Counted from the first letter of the stretch, positions 37,405 to 48,071 are shown. The stretch: DNA of 64,000 bases from Trueperaceae bacterium (GCA_965213925.1 OZ243927.1:2688001-2752000), one strand, 5' to 3'. Numbers and translations: made by a program. Notes: generated by a model from the letters alone, not told the origin.

Positions 37405-37622
37405 TTAGTAAAAAGGTGTCAATACTTAGTTGACGGTGTATTAAAAGCAATGAGCAATGAGTTTAGGGTTTCACTCATTGCTCGTTTCTCATTGCTCACC
37501 GTTCGTTCCTTTCACATTCGTGAAAACTACGTAATCAGAAGCTAAAGCCACCAGCTTGACTGGATTGCTTCCTTAGTTCTACAGCTACCACCTCTTCTGT
37601 CTTCCGCGTGATAAGACGGAGT

Positions 37623-38639
37623 ATGATTCAGACGGATTATTTAACCGAGTATGGGGCGCGGCTTGTCGAGGGAAGGGTCTCGAGCTTCTCGAACCTCAGT
37701 GATGAAGTTCGAGCGCTTACAAAAGGCGCGGGGCTCGTCCCCCTCCTTACCACCACGCCCCTACGCCTCACCGGAGCCGACCGCTTAGACTTCTTACATG
37801 GACAAATCAGCAATGACATCAAGGGCCTAACGGCGGGCGAGACCAACACCTCTTTGATGCTCAACGTCAAAGGACACGCGCTCGCCTCTATGCGCGTCTA
37901 CCGCCGCGAGGACGACCTCTTCGCAGCGGTCGAGGACGGCGCGGGCGACTTCGTGCAGCGCGAGCTGAAAGCGCACATCATCTTCGACCAGGTCGAACTC
38001 GAGACCTTGTCCGACGCCATCACCTCGCTGACTTTGCAGGGTGCGGAGGCAGAGGAGGTACTATCAGTCGTTTTCGAAACCGAGCTGCCGAGCGAAGGAA
38101 CTTTCATTCAACCCTCGTTCTCGAGCGCTAAGGTCCTCGTGAGTCCTGCGAGACGGAGTGCGGCGGGCGGCTTCGATGTGCACGTTCTCATTCGAGACGC
38201 GCAAGCACTCTTCGAAAGGCTCGAGCAAGCGGGCGCGGTTCCCGCCGGGGAAGACGCCTTGGGTGCGGCGCGCGTCGCAGCGGGCATTGCCTCCGCGCGT
38301 GGCGAAGGCGGCGAAGGGGCGCTGCCGCAAGAGGTCGGCTTAGAGCACGCCGTCTCGTACCGCAAGGGCTGCTACTTAGGACAAGAGATTATGGCGCGCA
38401 TCGAGGCGCGGGGCAAGGTGCGTAAAGGGCTCAGGGGGTTGAGGCTCGAATCTCTTCCTAGAAGCGATACCAAAGACCTTATGTTAGAGGGCAAAAAAGT
38501 CGGGCGGCTTGGTTCAGTTGTGGAGCATCCCGAGTTGGGCGTCATCGGCTTGGCGAGCGTGCGCACGGAGTTAGAAAGCGGGCAAGAGGTCGAGGTTGGG
38601 AAGGTCAGAGGGGCGCTCGCAGATTTACCCTTCGTTTAG
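37623..38639 (+). CDS. ygfZ: Folate-binding Fe-S cluster repair protein YgfZ
   Basis: Signature KGCYLGQE; GcvT-like N-terminus. Confidence 0.9.
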   Translation: MIQTDYLTEYGARLVEGRVSSFSNLSDEVRALTKGAGLVPLLTTTPLRLTGADRLDFLHGQISNDIKGLTAGETNTSLMLNVKGHALASMRVYRREDDLFAAVEDGAGDFVQRELKAHIIFDQVELETLSDAITSLTLQGAEAEEVLSVVFETELPSEGTFIQPSFSSAKVLVSPARRSAAGGFDVHVLIRDAQALFERLEQAGAVPAGEDALGAARVAAGIASARGEGGEGALPQEVGLEHAVSYRKGCYLGQEIMARIEARGKVRKGLRGLRLESLPRSDTKDLMLEGKKVGRLGSVVEHPELGVIGLASVRTELESGQEVEVGKVRGALADLPFV

Positions 38640-38765
38640 AAGTTGAGACTGAAAGAGAAGAAACGCGAGCGTGCTGTGGCTACTTATTCGCTGGGGGTCT
38701 AGTGCGCGCTTCTTTGTGAACGTTATCCTTGAGGTGACACGTCTTCAACGTTTACGCTGCACCTT

Positions 38766-39182
38766 ATGAGGCATTTTCTAGTTCTATTGAGTCTTTGGTT
38801 ACTTAGTAGCTGCGCTACATCTGTAGTAGACGACGGACGGTCCGATAATATCTGTGCTCTGGGACCGATCGACCTCTTTGATGAAGAACTGATGCCCTAC
38901 GTTTACGAAGATCATCCCGCTCCCGAAGAGGAGTGGCTAGGATTCGTCGAGATTTTAGAGGAAGTTGAGCCAGAAGAGAGACTCCACCGCTACCTTATAC
39001 GAGCAGAGGAAGAAGTACCCTTTTTCACCGATGTGACGCCTAGCCTTTTCAAAAAGTATGAAGGAAGACGTGTGAAACTGGTAGGGAAGTATGGAAACAG
39101 CACGGAGACTGGCATCTACTTGCCTAATCCTCCTAAGTACGATCTGATTATTGCGAAAAGCATAGAGTGTGTAAAAGCGTAG
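38766..39182 (+). CDS. Hypothetical lipoprotein
   Basis: Lipobox LLSSC; TACGCT 7 nt upstream; lower GC. Confidence 0.65.
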   Translation: MRHFLVLLSLWLLSSCATSVVDDGRSDNICALGPIDLFDEELMPYVYEDHPAPEEEWLGFVEILEEVEPEERLHRYLIRAEEEVPFFTDVTPSLFKKYEGRRVKLVGKYGNSTETGIYLPNPPKYDLIIAKSIECVKA

Positions 39183-39207
39183 AGAAGTGGAAAGTTTGGC
39201 GAGGACC

Positions 39208-40038
39208 TTAGGGTTTAGTCCGCTCCAGCGTCGCTTCGATACTCAGCGGTGTCATTCCAGTGAGCTGTTGCCACAAAGAGGTATCCAAGGAGGTATCGCG
39301 GGGCAAGCTGCTGTTTTTCGGCATCTTCTCGCGCTGCAAAGCGTCCACGTTCACGCCGAGCGCGGTCAGCGCTCGGTAGTAAAAGTCGAAATTGCTCAGC
39401 CGTTCGCCTGCCACGTGGACAACACCTGTAAAATCTGAAAGCCCGAGCGCGACCACCGCCTCGGCTACTTGCGCGACCCCTAAGGGGCTTTTGAACATGT
39501 CGCCAAAACGCGCTACCTCTCGGCCCGACGCAAGGGCGGCTCGAGCCCCTGCGAGCCGCGTGTCGAGCCCGTCCGAAACGCCGTAGATGTAGCTGGGGCG
39601 GATGATGCAGTAGTCCGGGTGAATCTCCTTGATGCGCGTTTCGAAGTGCAAGAGGTTGCGCCCGTAACGGGTGACGGGGTTTGGCGTGTCGCGCTCGGTA
39701 TAGAGTCCTTTTTCGCCGCTGAAGACGGCGTCGCTCGAGAGGTACACCAGGCGTCTGTCCTGAACGCCCCGCAAGAAGCGTCCGACCGAGGCCTCGAAGT
39801 CCCCGCTCACCTCTTTCTCTATAGCGGCGGCGAAGATGACGGTATCAATACCGAACGCATCGCAGATAGCGCGCACGTCGTCCTCGAAGAAATTGTAGCG
39901 AACGGCGCTAGGAATAGTCGTGCGGTTGTAGGTCGCAACGACAGTGTACGCCCACAACCTCTTGACGACAGCTCGCCCTAAGAAGCCGCTCCCGCCGACG
40001 ACCAAAACGGTCCTATCTGAGTTATCTCTTAGTGTCAC
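39208..40038 (-). CDS. RmlD-like NAD(P)-dependent sugar-nucleotide reductase (extended SDR)
   Basis: Motifs VGGSGFLG, SSDAVFSG, PNPVTRYG and PRDTSLD. Confidence 0.8.
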   Translation of the reverse strand: MTLRDNSDRTVLVVGGSGFLGRAVVKRLWAYTVVATYNRTTIPSAVRYNFFEDDVRAICDAFGIDTVIFAAAIEKEVSGDFEASVGRFLRGVQDRRLVYLSSDAVFSGEKGLYTERDTPNPVTRYGRNLLHFETRIKEIHPDYCIIRPSYIYGVSDGLDTRLAGARAALASGREVARFGDMFKSPLGVAQVAEAVVALGLSDFTGVVHVAGERLSNFDFYYRALTALGVNVDALQREKMPKNSSLPRDTSLDTSLWQQLTGMTPLSIEATLERTKP

Positions 40039-40050
40039 CGTCGTAACCTC

Positions 40051-42024
40051 TTAGGCGTGCTCTTCGAACCAATCCAAAATCGCCTCCAACCGCGCCACCC
40101 GCCGGTCCGGTCTGCCCGAGCGCGACAGCTCATGACCCTCGTCCGGGAAGCGGATGAACTTGGTCTCTTTACCGAGTGTTTTCAGCGCCACGTAAAACTG
40201 CTCGGCTTGCTCGACCGGGCAGCGGTGGTCCTCGTCGGCGTGGAGGATGAGCAGGGGCGTACGTACCTCAGCGACGTATCTGAGGGGGCTCTGGTCCCAC
40301 AGTTTGTCGAGGTGTTCCCAGGGGTTGCCCCCGACTTGCAGGTCGCTGAACTTGTAGCCGATGTCCGACGCGCCGTAAAAGGACAGCCAGTTGCAGATGC
40401 TCCTTTGGGTCGCGGCGGACCGGAATTCGCCCGTACGTCCGACGAGCCAGTTCGTCATGAAGCCGCCGTACGAGCCGCCCGTTAGGTGCATAGGCGCGTC
40501 CGGGGCGTCGTGCGTTTTCGCGTGATCTTTTTTCGCGGCGCGGGCGACGGCTAACACGTCGTCAGCGTCTACTGTGCCGTAGCGGCCGAGCAGGGCACCC
40601 TGAAAGTCCGCGCCGTAGCTCGACGAACCCCGCGGGTTGCCGTAGACGACGGTGTAGCCCGCCGAAGCTAGGAGGTGGAACTCGAAGTAGAAGCCGTAGC
40701 CGTAGTTCGTGTGCGGTCCGCCGTGAACTTGCAAGACCAGCGCGTCGTCCTTGCGCGGCTTCTCGCTCCGCATGACCCAGTAGTCCACGCGCGGTCCGCC
40801 CTTCGCTTTCGCCTTGCGCACCTTGCTCGCTTCGGCGGTGCGGTACTTGTCCAAAAAGTCCGCGTTAACGCCGCTCAATTTCCTCTCTTTGCCGCGCCCA
40901 TCGCGGTAGAAGAGTTCGCCGGGTTCACTTGGGGTTTCCGCCGTGAAGACGAAGCGCCCGCCCGCGCCGTGAAACCCGCGCATGACCCGGTCGTTTTTAT
41001 GAAACTGCCGCACCTTGCGCGTGCCGACATCGACCTTCGCTAAGCCGCTGCGCCCTTCGCGGTTCGCGTTGAAGAAGACGCTCTTGCTGTCGTCCGACCA
41101 GAGAGGCGCGTTGGGGTGCGCCCCGTAGTAGCTGTCGCCACCCGTGGAGGGCAGCGCCTCCAACTCGCCCGTAAGGAGCGTCGCCTCACCGCCCCCGTCA
41201 AAATTTTGAGCAGAGACGAGCCACAGCCCCGTCGGGCTCGCGAAGACCTCTTGATCGATGGGCGAGAAAAAGGCGACGTGCGCCCCGTCCGGGCTGGGGC
41301 TCGGCAAAAACGCCATGTTCATGCCTGCGGTGAGCCGTTTCGCCTTGCCGCCGCTAACGGGCAGCGCCCAGAGGTTGCTCTTCCAAGCGTCCACCTCGTT
41401 CGGATTTTTCGCGCCGCTGAAGAGGAGGGTCTCTCCGTCTGGGCTGAACGCGAGGTCGCTCGGGCTGCTCTTGAGCTTACTGAGCTTTTTGCTCTTACGT
41501 TTGCCAAAGGTGTAGAGGTAAATCTGGGCGGGCTCGGCGCTCAGGAAGCCGACGCCGTCGCGCTTGTAGGTCAGTTGCTCGACGACCAAAGGTTGCCCTT
41601 TCTCCTTCCGTTCGTCGCGCCAGTTGCCCCTCGAGACCAGTCCCACGCTCGCCCCGCTCGGATGCCAGATAAATTCGGACACGCCCGCCCCAAAGTCGGT
41701 GAGCCGCGCCGCCTCGCCGCCCGAGAGCGGCATGACGTAGAGCTGCGCCGCCTCGTCGTCGCCCCGTTTGGAAAGAAACGCGAGCTTTGAGCCGTCCGGG
41801 GAGAAGCGCGGCTGCGTATTCGCGTCGCCCGTTCGGGTCAGCTGCATGGCGTCGCCCGCGCCAACGTCGTAAAGAAAGATGTGGCTGACGTAACGCGGCG
41901 GCTTGTCCTCCTCGCCTCGCTCGATCACCGTCTGTACCGCAGCGACGCGCGAACCGTCCGGGCTCAGGTGCGCGTCAGAGAGGAAGGTAAGCTCGAAGAG
42001 GCTGTCGGCTTTGAGTTTGGCCAT
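40051..42024 (-). CDS. S9 family peptidase (acylaminoacyl peptidase-like, S9C)
   Basis: Beta-propeller repeats and motifs VHGGPH, GGSYGG, DHRC and EGHEL. Confidence 0.92.
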   Translation of the reverse strand: MAKLKADSLFELTFLSDAHLSPDGSRVAAVQTVIERGEEDKPPRYVSHIFLYDVGAGDAMQLTRTGDANTQPRFSPDGSKLAFLSKRGDDEAAQLYVMPLSGGEAARLTDFGAGVSEFIWHPSGASVGLVSRGNWRDERKEKGQPLVVEQLTYKRDGVGFLSAEPAQIYLYTFGKRKSKKLSKLKSSPSDLAFSPDGETLLFSGAKNPNEVDAWKSNLWALPVSGGKAKRLTAGMNMAFLPSPSPDGAHVAFFSPIDQEVFASPTGLWLVSAQNFDGGGEATLLTGELEALPSTGGDSYYGAHPNAPLWSDDSKSVFFNANREGRSGLAKVDVGTRKVRQFHKNDRVMRGFHGAGGRFVFTAETPSEPGELFYRDGRGKERKLSGVNADFLDKYRTAEASKVRKAKAKGGPRVDYWVMRSEKPRKDDALVLQVHGGPHTNYGYGFYFEFHLLASAGYTVVYGNPRGSSSYGADFQGALLGRYGTVDADDVLAVARAAKKDHAKTHDAPDAPMHLTGGSYGGFMTNWLVGRTGEFRSAATQRSICNWLSFYGASDIGYKFSDLQVGGNPWEHLDKLWDQSPLRYVAEVRTPLLILHADEDHRCPVEQAEQFYVALKTLGKETKFIRFPDEGHELSRSGRPDRRVARLEAILDWFEEHA

Positions 42025-42106
42025 ACCGAGTTATACCGTAGCGGCGCGCCCAAAAGCCAGGTCGAAAACCGCAACGGTGCAAGGGGACGCGGCCCCGCAC
42101 TGACCC

Positions 42107-42877
42107 TTACACCTCGCCCAAGTACGCCCGCTTCATCGCCTCGTTGTTCAAAAGCTCTTTTGCCGGTCCCGAGAGCACGACCTCACCCGTCTGCAACACG
42201 TACCCCCTATCGGCAATCGAAAGCGCGATGTTCGCGTTTTGCTCCACCACAAAGACGCTGATGCCGCGTTCGTTGACCTGCTTGATGATCTGGAAAATCT
42301 TCTCGACAAAGAGTGGCGCGAGCCCCATCGAGGGCTCGTCCATCAGGATGAGTTTAGGGCGGCTCATCAGGGCGCGGCCCATAGCCAGCATCTGCTGCTC
42401 GCCCCCGGACATGGTGCCGCCCATCTGACCTAAGCGCTCGGAGAGCCGCGGGAAGAGGTCGAAGACGTAGTCCATGTCGTCTTTGATGTCACGCTTGTTG
42501 TCGCGGAGGTACGAGCCCATCTCGAGGTTCTCCTTGACCGTCATTTTAGGAAAGATGCGGCGGTTTTCGGGTACGACTGCCATACCGCGCTGGATGCGCT
42601 CGGCCGTCGAGAGGGTGTCCGCGCGTTCGCCGCCTAGGTACATCTCGCCTTCGGACACGCCAACGACGCCCAAAATTGTCTTGAGCGTGGTGGACTTGCC
42701 CGAGGCGTTGCCGCCCAGTAGACAGACCATCTCGCCGGGATAGATGACCATGTCCACGTTGTGTAGCACGCGAATCGGACCATAGTGGGTGGTGACTTTG
42801 CGAAGCTCGAGGAGCTTTTCCCTGTCGCCCCTTTGATCGTCGGTTTTCTCGTCTGGGTAAACGGCAACGTCACTCAT
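42107..42877 (-). CDS. livF: Branched-chain amino acid ABC ATPase LivF-like
   Basis: Walker A GGNASGKS; MSGGEQQM; MDEPSMGL. Confidence 0.88.
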   Translation of the reverse strand: MSDVAVYPDEKTDDQRGDREKLLELRKVTTHYGPIRVLHNVDMVIYPGEMVCLLGGNASGKSTTLKTILGVVGVSEGEMYLGGERADTLSTAERIQRGMAVVPENRRIFPKMTVKENLEMGSYLRDNKRDIKDDMDYVFDLFPRLSERLGQMGGTMSGGEQQMLAMGRALMSRPKLILMDEPSMGLAPLFVEKIFQIIKQVNERGISVFVVEQNANIALSIADRGYVLQTGEVVLSGPAKELLNNEAMKRAYLGEV

Positions 42878-42983
42878 AAGGGTTCCTCGGTTTGTCCGCA
42901 CAACGCCCGGTCAGCGCTGCCTCGAGCCATGAAGTCCGCCCCACCGCTTGACCTTACAACGTCGCGCTGTCTAACGCCTAGTT

Positions 42984-43820
42984 TCATAGCGTGTCCCTTT
43001 CGCCCGCGCTTTCCTCGATTTTGCGCTCACCCGTCGTTTTCTCCTCCGCTGCCTTTTTACCGAGATACGCCTCAATGACTTTAGGATCATTGACGACCTC
43101 TCTGTAGTCGCCCTCGGCGATCTTTTGTCCGTAATCCAACACGACGACGCGGTCGCTGATCTCGCCGACCAAGTTCATCTTGTGCTCGACCAAAAGGATG
43201 GTGTAGCCCCCCTCGTCGCGCATCCGCTTGATGATCTGGGTGATTTCACCCGTCTCTTTCGGGTTCATCCCCGCCGAGGGCTCATCCAAAAGGAGGAGCT
43301 TTGCGCCCGTCGCCATCGCCCGCGCCATCTCGGTCCGGCGGCGGTTCGCGTAGGAGAGGACGTAGACGGGTTGATGCAAGCGGAAGCTCATCAGGCGCGG
43401 ACCGAAGAAGGAGAGCTTCTCCAACGCCAACTCGTGCATCTCGCGCTCTTTTTTGCGGTAGCCCGGTGTTCTGAACACCGCCGAGACCCAGTTCGACTTG
43501 AGTTTGTGGTGCTGCGGGATGAGCACGTTATCTAAAACGGAGAGGTTGGTGAAGAGCCGCAAGTTTTGAAAGGTGCGGGCGACACCCCTATCCACGATCT
43601 TGTTGGGCGAGAGACCTGTAATGGGTTCATCTTCGAAGCGGACGTCGCCGGAGTCGGGCTTGTACACGCCCGTGATGAGGTTGAAAAAGGTCGTCTTGCC
43701 CGCGCCGTTGGGTCCGATGACGGAGACGATCTCGCCCTCGCCCACGTCTAAGTTGAGGTTGGAAATAGCTTGCAAGCCGCCGAAGGACTTGTTGAGGTCT
43801 TGTATTTCTAGGAGCGCCAC
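42984..43820 (-). CDS. livG: Branched-chain amino acid ABC ATPase LivG-like
   Basis: Motifs GPNGAGKT, LLLDEPSAG and VIEAYLG. Confidence 0.88.
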   Translation of the reverse strand: MALLEIQDLNKSFGGLQAISNLNLDVGEGEIVSVIGPNGAGKTTFFNLITGVYKPDSGDVRFEDEPITGLSPNKIVDRGVARTFQNLRLFTNLSVLDNVLIPQHHKLKSNWVSAVFRTPGYRKKEREMHELALEKLSFFGPRLMSFRLHQPVYVLSYANRRRTEMARAMATGAKLLLLDEPSAGMNPKETGEITQIIKRMRDEGGYTILLVEHKMNLVGEISDRVVVLDYGQKIAEGDYREVVNDPKVIEAYLGKKAAEEKTTGERKIEESAGERDTL

Positions 43821-43821
43821 C

Positions 43822-45285
43822 TCAATCCTCCCTTTGTGGTTTAGGTGTCTTGGTCTCCGGCGTTTTGGTCCTGACGCTGTCCGCTTCGGTGTTCGCCTTG
43901 GGCTCTCTGGCAGGCGTCAGCTCCGCCGTTTTGTCCTCGTTCAGCTCCGGATTCGAGAGCCAAGCGTCCTGCGCCCGCTCCTCTTCGGTGGGCTCGTCGC
44001 GCCGTTCGCGCAGCGCCCACGCCCAGTTGAATTCGTTGCGTCCCATGATGCCCTCGGGTCTAAAGATCATGATGACGACTAAGAGCACCGCCAGCGCGAT
44101 GCGCCTCAGCCCGAACGCTTGAAAGGTCCCCTCCCAGTAGCCGAACGCGGGCGCGAGCAGGCTCGCTAGGAGCACGACGCCCCCGAGCCCCGCCAGGATA
44201 AAGATGCCCAAGTTCCAGCGCGGTCTGAGCCGCAGCAGGGTGCGGTAGAGGTAGGTCCCCGCCGCCGCCACGAGGAGTAGCACCCCGGCGGCGAGCGCCC
44301 AGGTGGTGAGTTCGTAGGGCTGCTCCAAGGGGTCGCCGTACTGCAGTACGAACACCACGAGCGCCATGCCGAACAACACGCCCGTGATCGAGCCCGTCCC
44401 GCCAACGCTGATGGCGACCAAGAAGAAAAAGGTCAGGAAGAAGAGGAACGAGTCGAGCCGCGCCGAAGCGAGCCACGAGACGTAGAGCCCGCCCGAGACG
44501 CCCGCGAAAAAAGCGGAGAGCGTAAAGGCTAAGACCTTGTGGTAGGCGAGGTTCACGCCCATCGCCTCCGCCGCGATTTCGTCCTCGCGAATCCCCTGGA
44601 GCGCCCGCCCGTAGGACGAAAACTTGAGCTTCGCCATCACGAAGGTCGTGAACGCCAGGATGCCAAAGGTCCACCAGAGGCTCGTGCCGATGGCGCGGGG
44701 AACTCCCGTGAAGCCGAGCGCGCCATTGGTAAAAGGCGCAAAGAGGTCCGTGGACGCCAGGAGGCGGATGATCTCGCCGAAGCCGAAGGTGACGATGGCC
44801 AAGTAGTCGCCGCGCAAGCGCAAGCTCGGGAAGCCGACGATAAAGCCGAAGACCGACGCCACGAGCCCGCCGATAAAGAGCGCGATGAGAAAGCGTAGCC
44901 AGAGCGTTTCAGGCGTGGTGAGCGCGTCCAAGCCCAGATTATCCAGCCAGTTCTGCACGCTCAAGCTGGCCGTAAAGTCGTTGAGGCGACTTCTGCCGCT
45001 CTCCACGAGGCGCTGCCGGTTCACTTCCGGCAAGATGAGGAGCGCGGTCGTGTAGCCGCCGATGAGCATAAAGCCGTGATGACCGAGCGAGAGAATCCCC
45101 GTGACGCCGTTGATGAGGTTGAGGCTCACCGCGGCGATGCTCCAGATGGCAAAGAGCGCGGAGACTTGGCGCAGTTTAACGCTGTCGCCATTATTGATAA
45201 AGTACAGTACCAGCGCCAAGACGCCTAACCCGGCGAGCGTCAGGAGCGCGTTGCGCCCGCTTTTGTTGAACCCGCGTTCGCTCAT
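43822..45285 (-). CDS. livM: Branched-chain amino acid ABC permease LivM-like
   Basis: Motifs LRLRGDYLAIVTFGFGEI and REDEIAAEAMG. Confidence 0.88.
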   Translation of the reverse strand: MSERGFNKSGRNALLTLAGLGVLALVLYFINNGDSVKLRQVSALFAIWSIAAVSLNLINGVTGILSLGHHGFMLIGGYTTALLILPEVNRQRLVESGRSRLNDFTASLSVQNWLDNLGLDALTTPETLWLRFLIALFIGGLVASVFGFIVGFPSLRLRGDYLAIVTFGFGEIIRLLASTDLFAPFTNGALGFTGVPRAIGTSLWWTFGILAFTTFVMAKLKFSSYGRALQGIREDEIAAEAMGVNLAYHKVLAFTLSAFFAGVSGGLYVSWLASARLDSFLFFLTFFFLVAISVGGTGSITGVLFGMALVVFVLQYGDPLEQPYELTTWALAAGVLLLVAAAGTYLYRTLLRLRPRWNLGIFILAGLGGVVLLASLLAPAFGYWEGTFQAFGLRRIALAVLLVVIMIFRPEGIMGRNEFNWAWALRERRDEPTEEERAQDAWLSNPELNEDKTAELTPAREPKANTEADSVRTKTPETKTPKPQRED

Positions 45286-46481
45286 ACCTTCTCCGACAGG
45301 TCTTCGCCGACGATGCCGCTCGGTCTAACGAGCAAGACGAGGATAAGGAGCGCGAAGGCGAGCGAGTCGCGGTACTGCGAAATACCGGGGAAGATCGTCG
45401 GGACGAAGTTCTCGACGAACCCCAACACGAGCCCGCCCAAGACCGCGCCCGGCAAGCTACCGATGCCGCCGATGACCGCCGCCGCGAACGCCTTGATGCC
45501 GGGTAGAATGCCGAAAATCGCAGGTTGGCTCAAGACCTGATAGCTCATGCCCCAGAGCACGCCCGCCGCCGCCGCCAACATCGAGCCGAGCAAGAAGGTT
45601 GTGGCGATGACGCGGTTGACGTTCACGCCCATCATCTGCGCGACCTCGGGGTCTTGCGAGGTCGCCCGCATCGCCTTGCCGAGCCGCGTGCGCGAGACGA
45701 AGAGCGTCAGCGTCACGACCAGCACGAGCGTCATGATGACAACGAGGAAAATCGCCCTCGAGGTAAAAACCGTCCCGCCGAACACCTCGAAGCTGACGTT
45801 ATTCGTCCAGATGGTGTCGGGGCGGTACTGCGTCACGTTGCGCGTGAACGCCAACACGCCGAAGTTCTGCAAAAAGAACGACATCGCGATCGCGGTGATC
45901 AGGAGCGAGATGCGCGGCGCACCCCGCAGCGGGCGGTACGCGATGCGGTCGAGCGCGATGCCCAGCACGCCCGTGATGAACATGCTCGCCACGAGCGCGA
46001 ATATCCAGTTGAGGTCGGCGCTGCTATAGATAACCGTAAAGCCTACGAGCCCGACGATGCCGCCGCCGTAAACGACCGGGTCTTTTAAGCTGCCGCGCCA
46101 CAAGCTCAGCGTGTACATAAACCCCGCCGAGGTGAGCGCCCCGGCTACAACCGCCCACGGCAAACTGTAGGGCGTATTCGCGAAGACGAAGTACGACACG
46201 AACGCCCCCACCATAAAGACCTCGCCGTGCGCGAAGTTGATCAGGCGGATGATGCCGTAGACCATCGTGTAGCCCAGCGCGATGAGCGCGTAGAGGCTGC
46301 CGAGCTGCAAAGACTGCATGAGCGCGCCCACGAACAGAGAGGGCTGATAGTTCTGCGCGGAGATGAGATAGATCAAGCGCCAGGCGATAAGTGCCACCAC
46401 TGCCGCGATAAAAAGATAGGGGAGATACGCGCCCAGTGAGGGCGTACGGTTTGATTGAGCCTGCTTAGCCAAGGGTGTCAC
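45282..46481 (-). CDS. livH: Branched-chain amino acid ABC permease LivH-like
   Basis: Motif YALIALGYTMVYGIIRLINFAHGE. Confidence 0.9.
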   Translation of the reverse strand: MTPLAKQAQSNRTPSLGAYLPYLFIAAVVALIAWRLIYLISAQNYQPSLFVGALMQSLQLGSLYALIALGYTMVYGIIRLINFAHGEVFMVGAFVSYFVFANTPYSLPWAVVAGALTSAGFMYTLSLWRGSLKDPVVYGGGIVGLVGFTVIYSSADLNWIFALVASMFITGVLGIALDRIAYRPLRGAPRISLLITAIAMSFFLQNFGVLAFTRNVTQYRPDTIWTNNVSFEVFGGTVFTSRAIFLVVIMTLVLVVTLTLFVSRTRLGKAMRATSQDPEVAQMMGVNVNRVIATTFLLGSMLAAAAGVLWGMSYQVLSQPAIFGILPGIKAFAAAVIGGIGSLPGAVLGGLVLGFVENFVPTIFPGISQYRDSLAFALLILVLLVRPSGIVGEDLSEKV

Positions 46482-46605
46482 CTCGAGACGAAATGCGCAA
46501 TGTGGACGTGAATTCGGCGTAACGCTAGGCGGCCTCAGCGTAGCGTTACGTAGACTGTAGTTTACCCGATAATCCTCCGTTCGAAGGCGGATTCATCAGG
46601 CATAG

Positions 46606-46629
46606 AAAAGGGGCGGCAAAACCGCCCCT
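46606..46629 (-). terminator. Intrinsic terminator-like hairpin after livK
   Basis: AGGGGCGG/CCGCCCCT stem followed by a T-run on the minus strand. Confidence 0.55.
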
Positions 46630-46648
46630 CTCTCTCATATGTTGAGAT

Positions 46649-47833
46649 TTAGTTGCCGCCAGTTTCGCCGCCGGTCATGCCGCCGGTCGCGTCACCCTGC
46701 CCGGTGCTCACGTTGAAGAGCGGCTCGCCGGGATAGGTCGCGTCTTCGTAGGTAAAGAAGCCCATGACGCGGTCCGCGGGCGTGCCGTCGGTACCATCAT
46801 AGGTGATGCTGCCCGTGACGCCGGGAAAGTCCGAGAGGCTCTGTAGCGCGTCACGCACCGCTTCGGCGTCCACCTCACCCGCTTGGCTCATCGCTTCGGC
46901 TAAGACGTTGTAGGAGTCCGCGCCCGCTAAGGTAAAGCCGTTAAAGGTGCCGTCGGGTTGTGACTCGCCGAAGAAGGTTTGGAACTCCTCGGCGCGCTGC
47001 GCCGCTTCGCCCGTGAGCTGCTCGGGAATGGCGAACGCGGTAAAGGTCCAACCGTTGATGGCCTCGCCCGCGCCGTCTACGCACTGCGGGTCATCGGAAG
47101 CGTCCGCGCCAATGAGGGGCGTGTCGGTAAAGCCCTGCTGACGAAGTTGCACGACGAAGGGTGCGGCTTCGGAGCAGAAGATGGGCGCGTAGATGGCGTC
47201 GGGGTTGAATTGACGAATCTCGTTGATCTGCGAGGCGAAGTCCACTTGGTTGGCGACCACGTCCACGACGAGCGTCTCGCCGCCCATCCCCTCGAAGTTC
47301 TCCTGGAAAAAGCCCGCTAAGCCGAAGCTGTAGTCGTCGTCTTGTTGGCGCACGATGGCGACGCGCTCAGCGCCGACCTCTTCGGCGGCGTACCCTGCGG
47401 CGACCTCGCCCTGGAACTCGTCGTTATACGCCATGCGGAAGATGTAGTCGCCGATCTGCGTGGTGGCGTTATTCGTCGAACTCGGCGTGATCTGGACGAT
47501 GCCCGCCTCTTGCAGCACCTCGGCGGCGGGGATCGCTTGGCTCGAGCCGCCCGTCCCGATAACTGCCACGACCCCTTCGTCCACAAAGCGGTTCGCGCAC
47601 GCGATCGAGCCTTCTGGCGTGGACTGGTTGTCGCAGACCGAGAGTTCGACCGGGCGACCCAACACTTCGGACTGCTGCTCCAGTGCAGCGCGTACACCCT
47701 CTAGCTCGGGCGTGCCGAGCGCCACCAAGCGCCCCGAAAGCTCTAAGTTGACGCCGATAGTGATCGGACCGTCGTCCTGGGCGAAAGCCGCACCAAACGT
47801 AAGCACAACGATTAGACCTAAAAGTTTCTTCAT
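46649..47833 (-). CDS. livK: Branched-chain amino acid ABC substrate-binding protein
   Basis: Signal peptide AFA; motifs IGVNLELSG, IFRMAYND and FPGVTGSI. Confidence 0.85.
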   Translation of the reverse strand: MKKLLGLIVVLTFGAAFAQDDGPITIGVNLELSGRLVALGTPELEGVRAALEQQSEVLGRPVELSVCDNQSTPEGSIACANRFVDEGVVAVIGTGGSSQAIPAAEVLQEAGIVQITPSSTNNATTQIGDYIFRMAYNDEFQGEVAAGYAAEEVGAERVAIVRQQDDDYSFGLAGFFQENFEGMGGETLVVDVVANQVDFASQINEIRQFNPDAIYAPIFCSEAAPFVVQLRQQGFTDTPLIGADASDDPQCVDGAGEAINGWTFTAFAIPEQLTGEAAQRAEEFQTFFGESQPDGTFNGFTLAGADSYNVLAEAMSQAGEVDAEAVRDALQSLSDFPGVTGSITYDGTDGTPADRVMGFFTYEDATYPGEPLFNVSTGQGDATGGMTGGETGGN

Positions 47834-48041
47834 CGTTTCCTCCTGAGTCTATTTGGATTGTGAAAAAATCCATTTGTAGCTGCCTATCTATCTTAACTGT
47901 GACGCTGGGACACTGTCAACGAGAGGGGCGTTCATTAAGGGTGGGAGCAGACGCCTCGAGAATTCGGAATGCGTGGCAATAGGAGAGGCTAGAGAAACCG
48001 CTCTCTTCTTGCCGACGGCTCAACCTGATGACTGCCACACC

Positions 48042-48071
48042 AAAAAAGTGCCCCGCGTTAAGGCGAGGCAC
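48042..48071 (-). terminator. Intrinsic terminator of glnA
   Basis: GC-rich stem followed by T6 on the minus strand, just after the stop codon. Confidence 0.65.

Noticed and set aside
37258..37545. Small ORFs 37258-37545, 58023-58310 and 59391-59741
   Set aside because: They overlap palindromic repeat elements and have no protein-like motifs.
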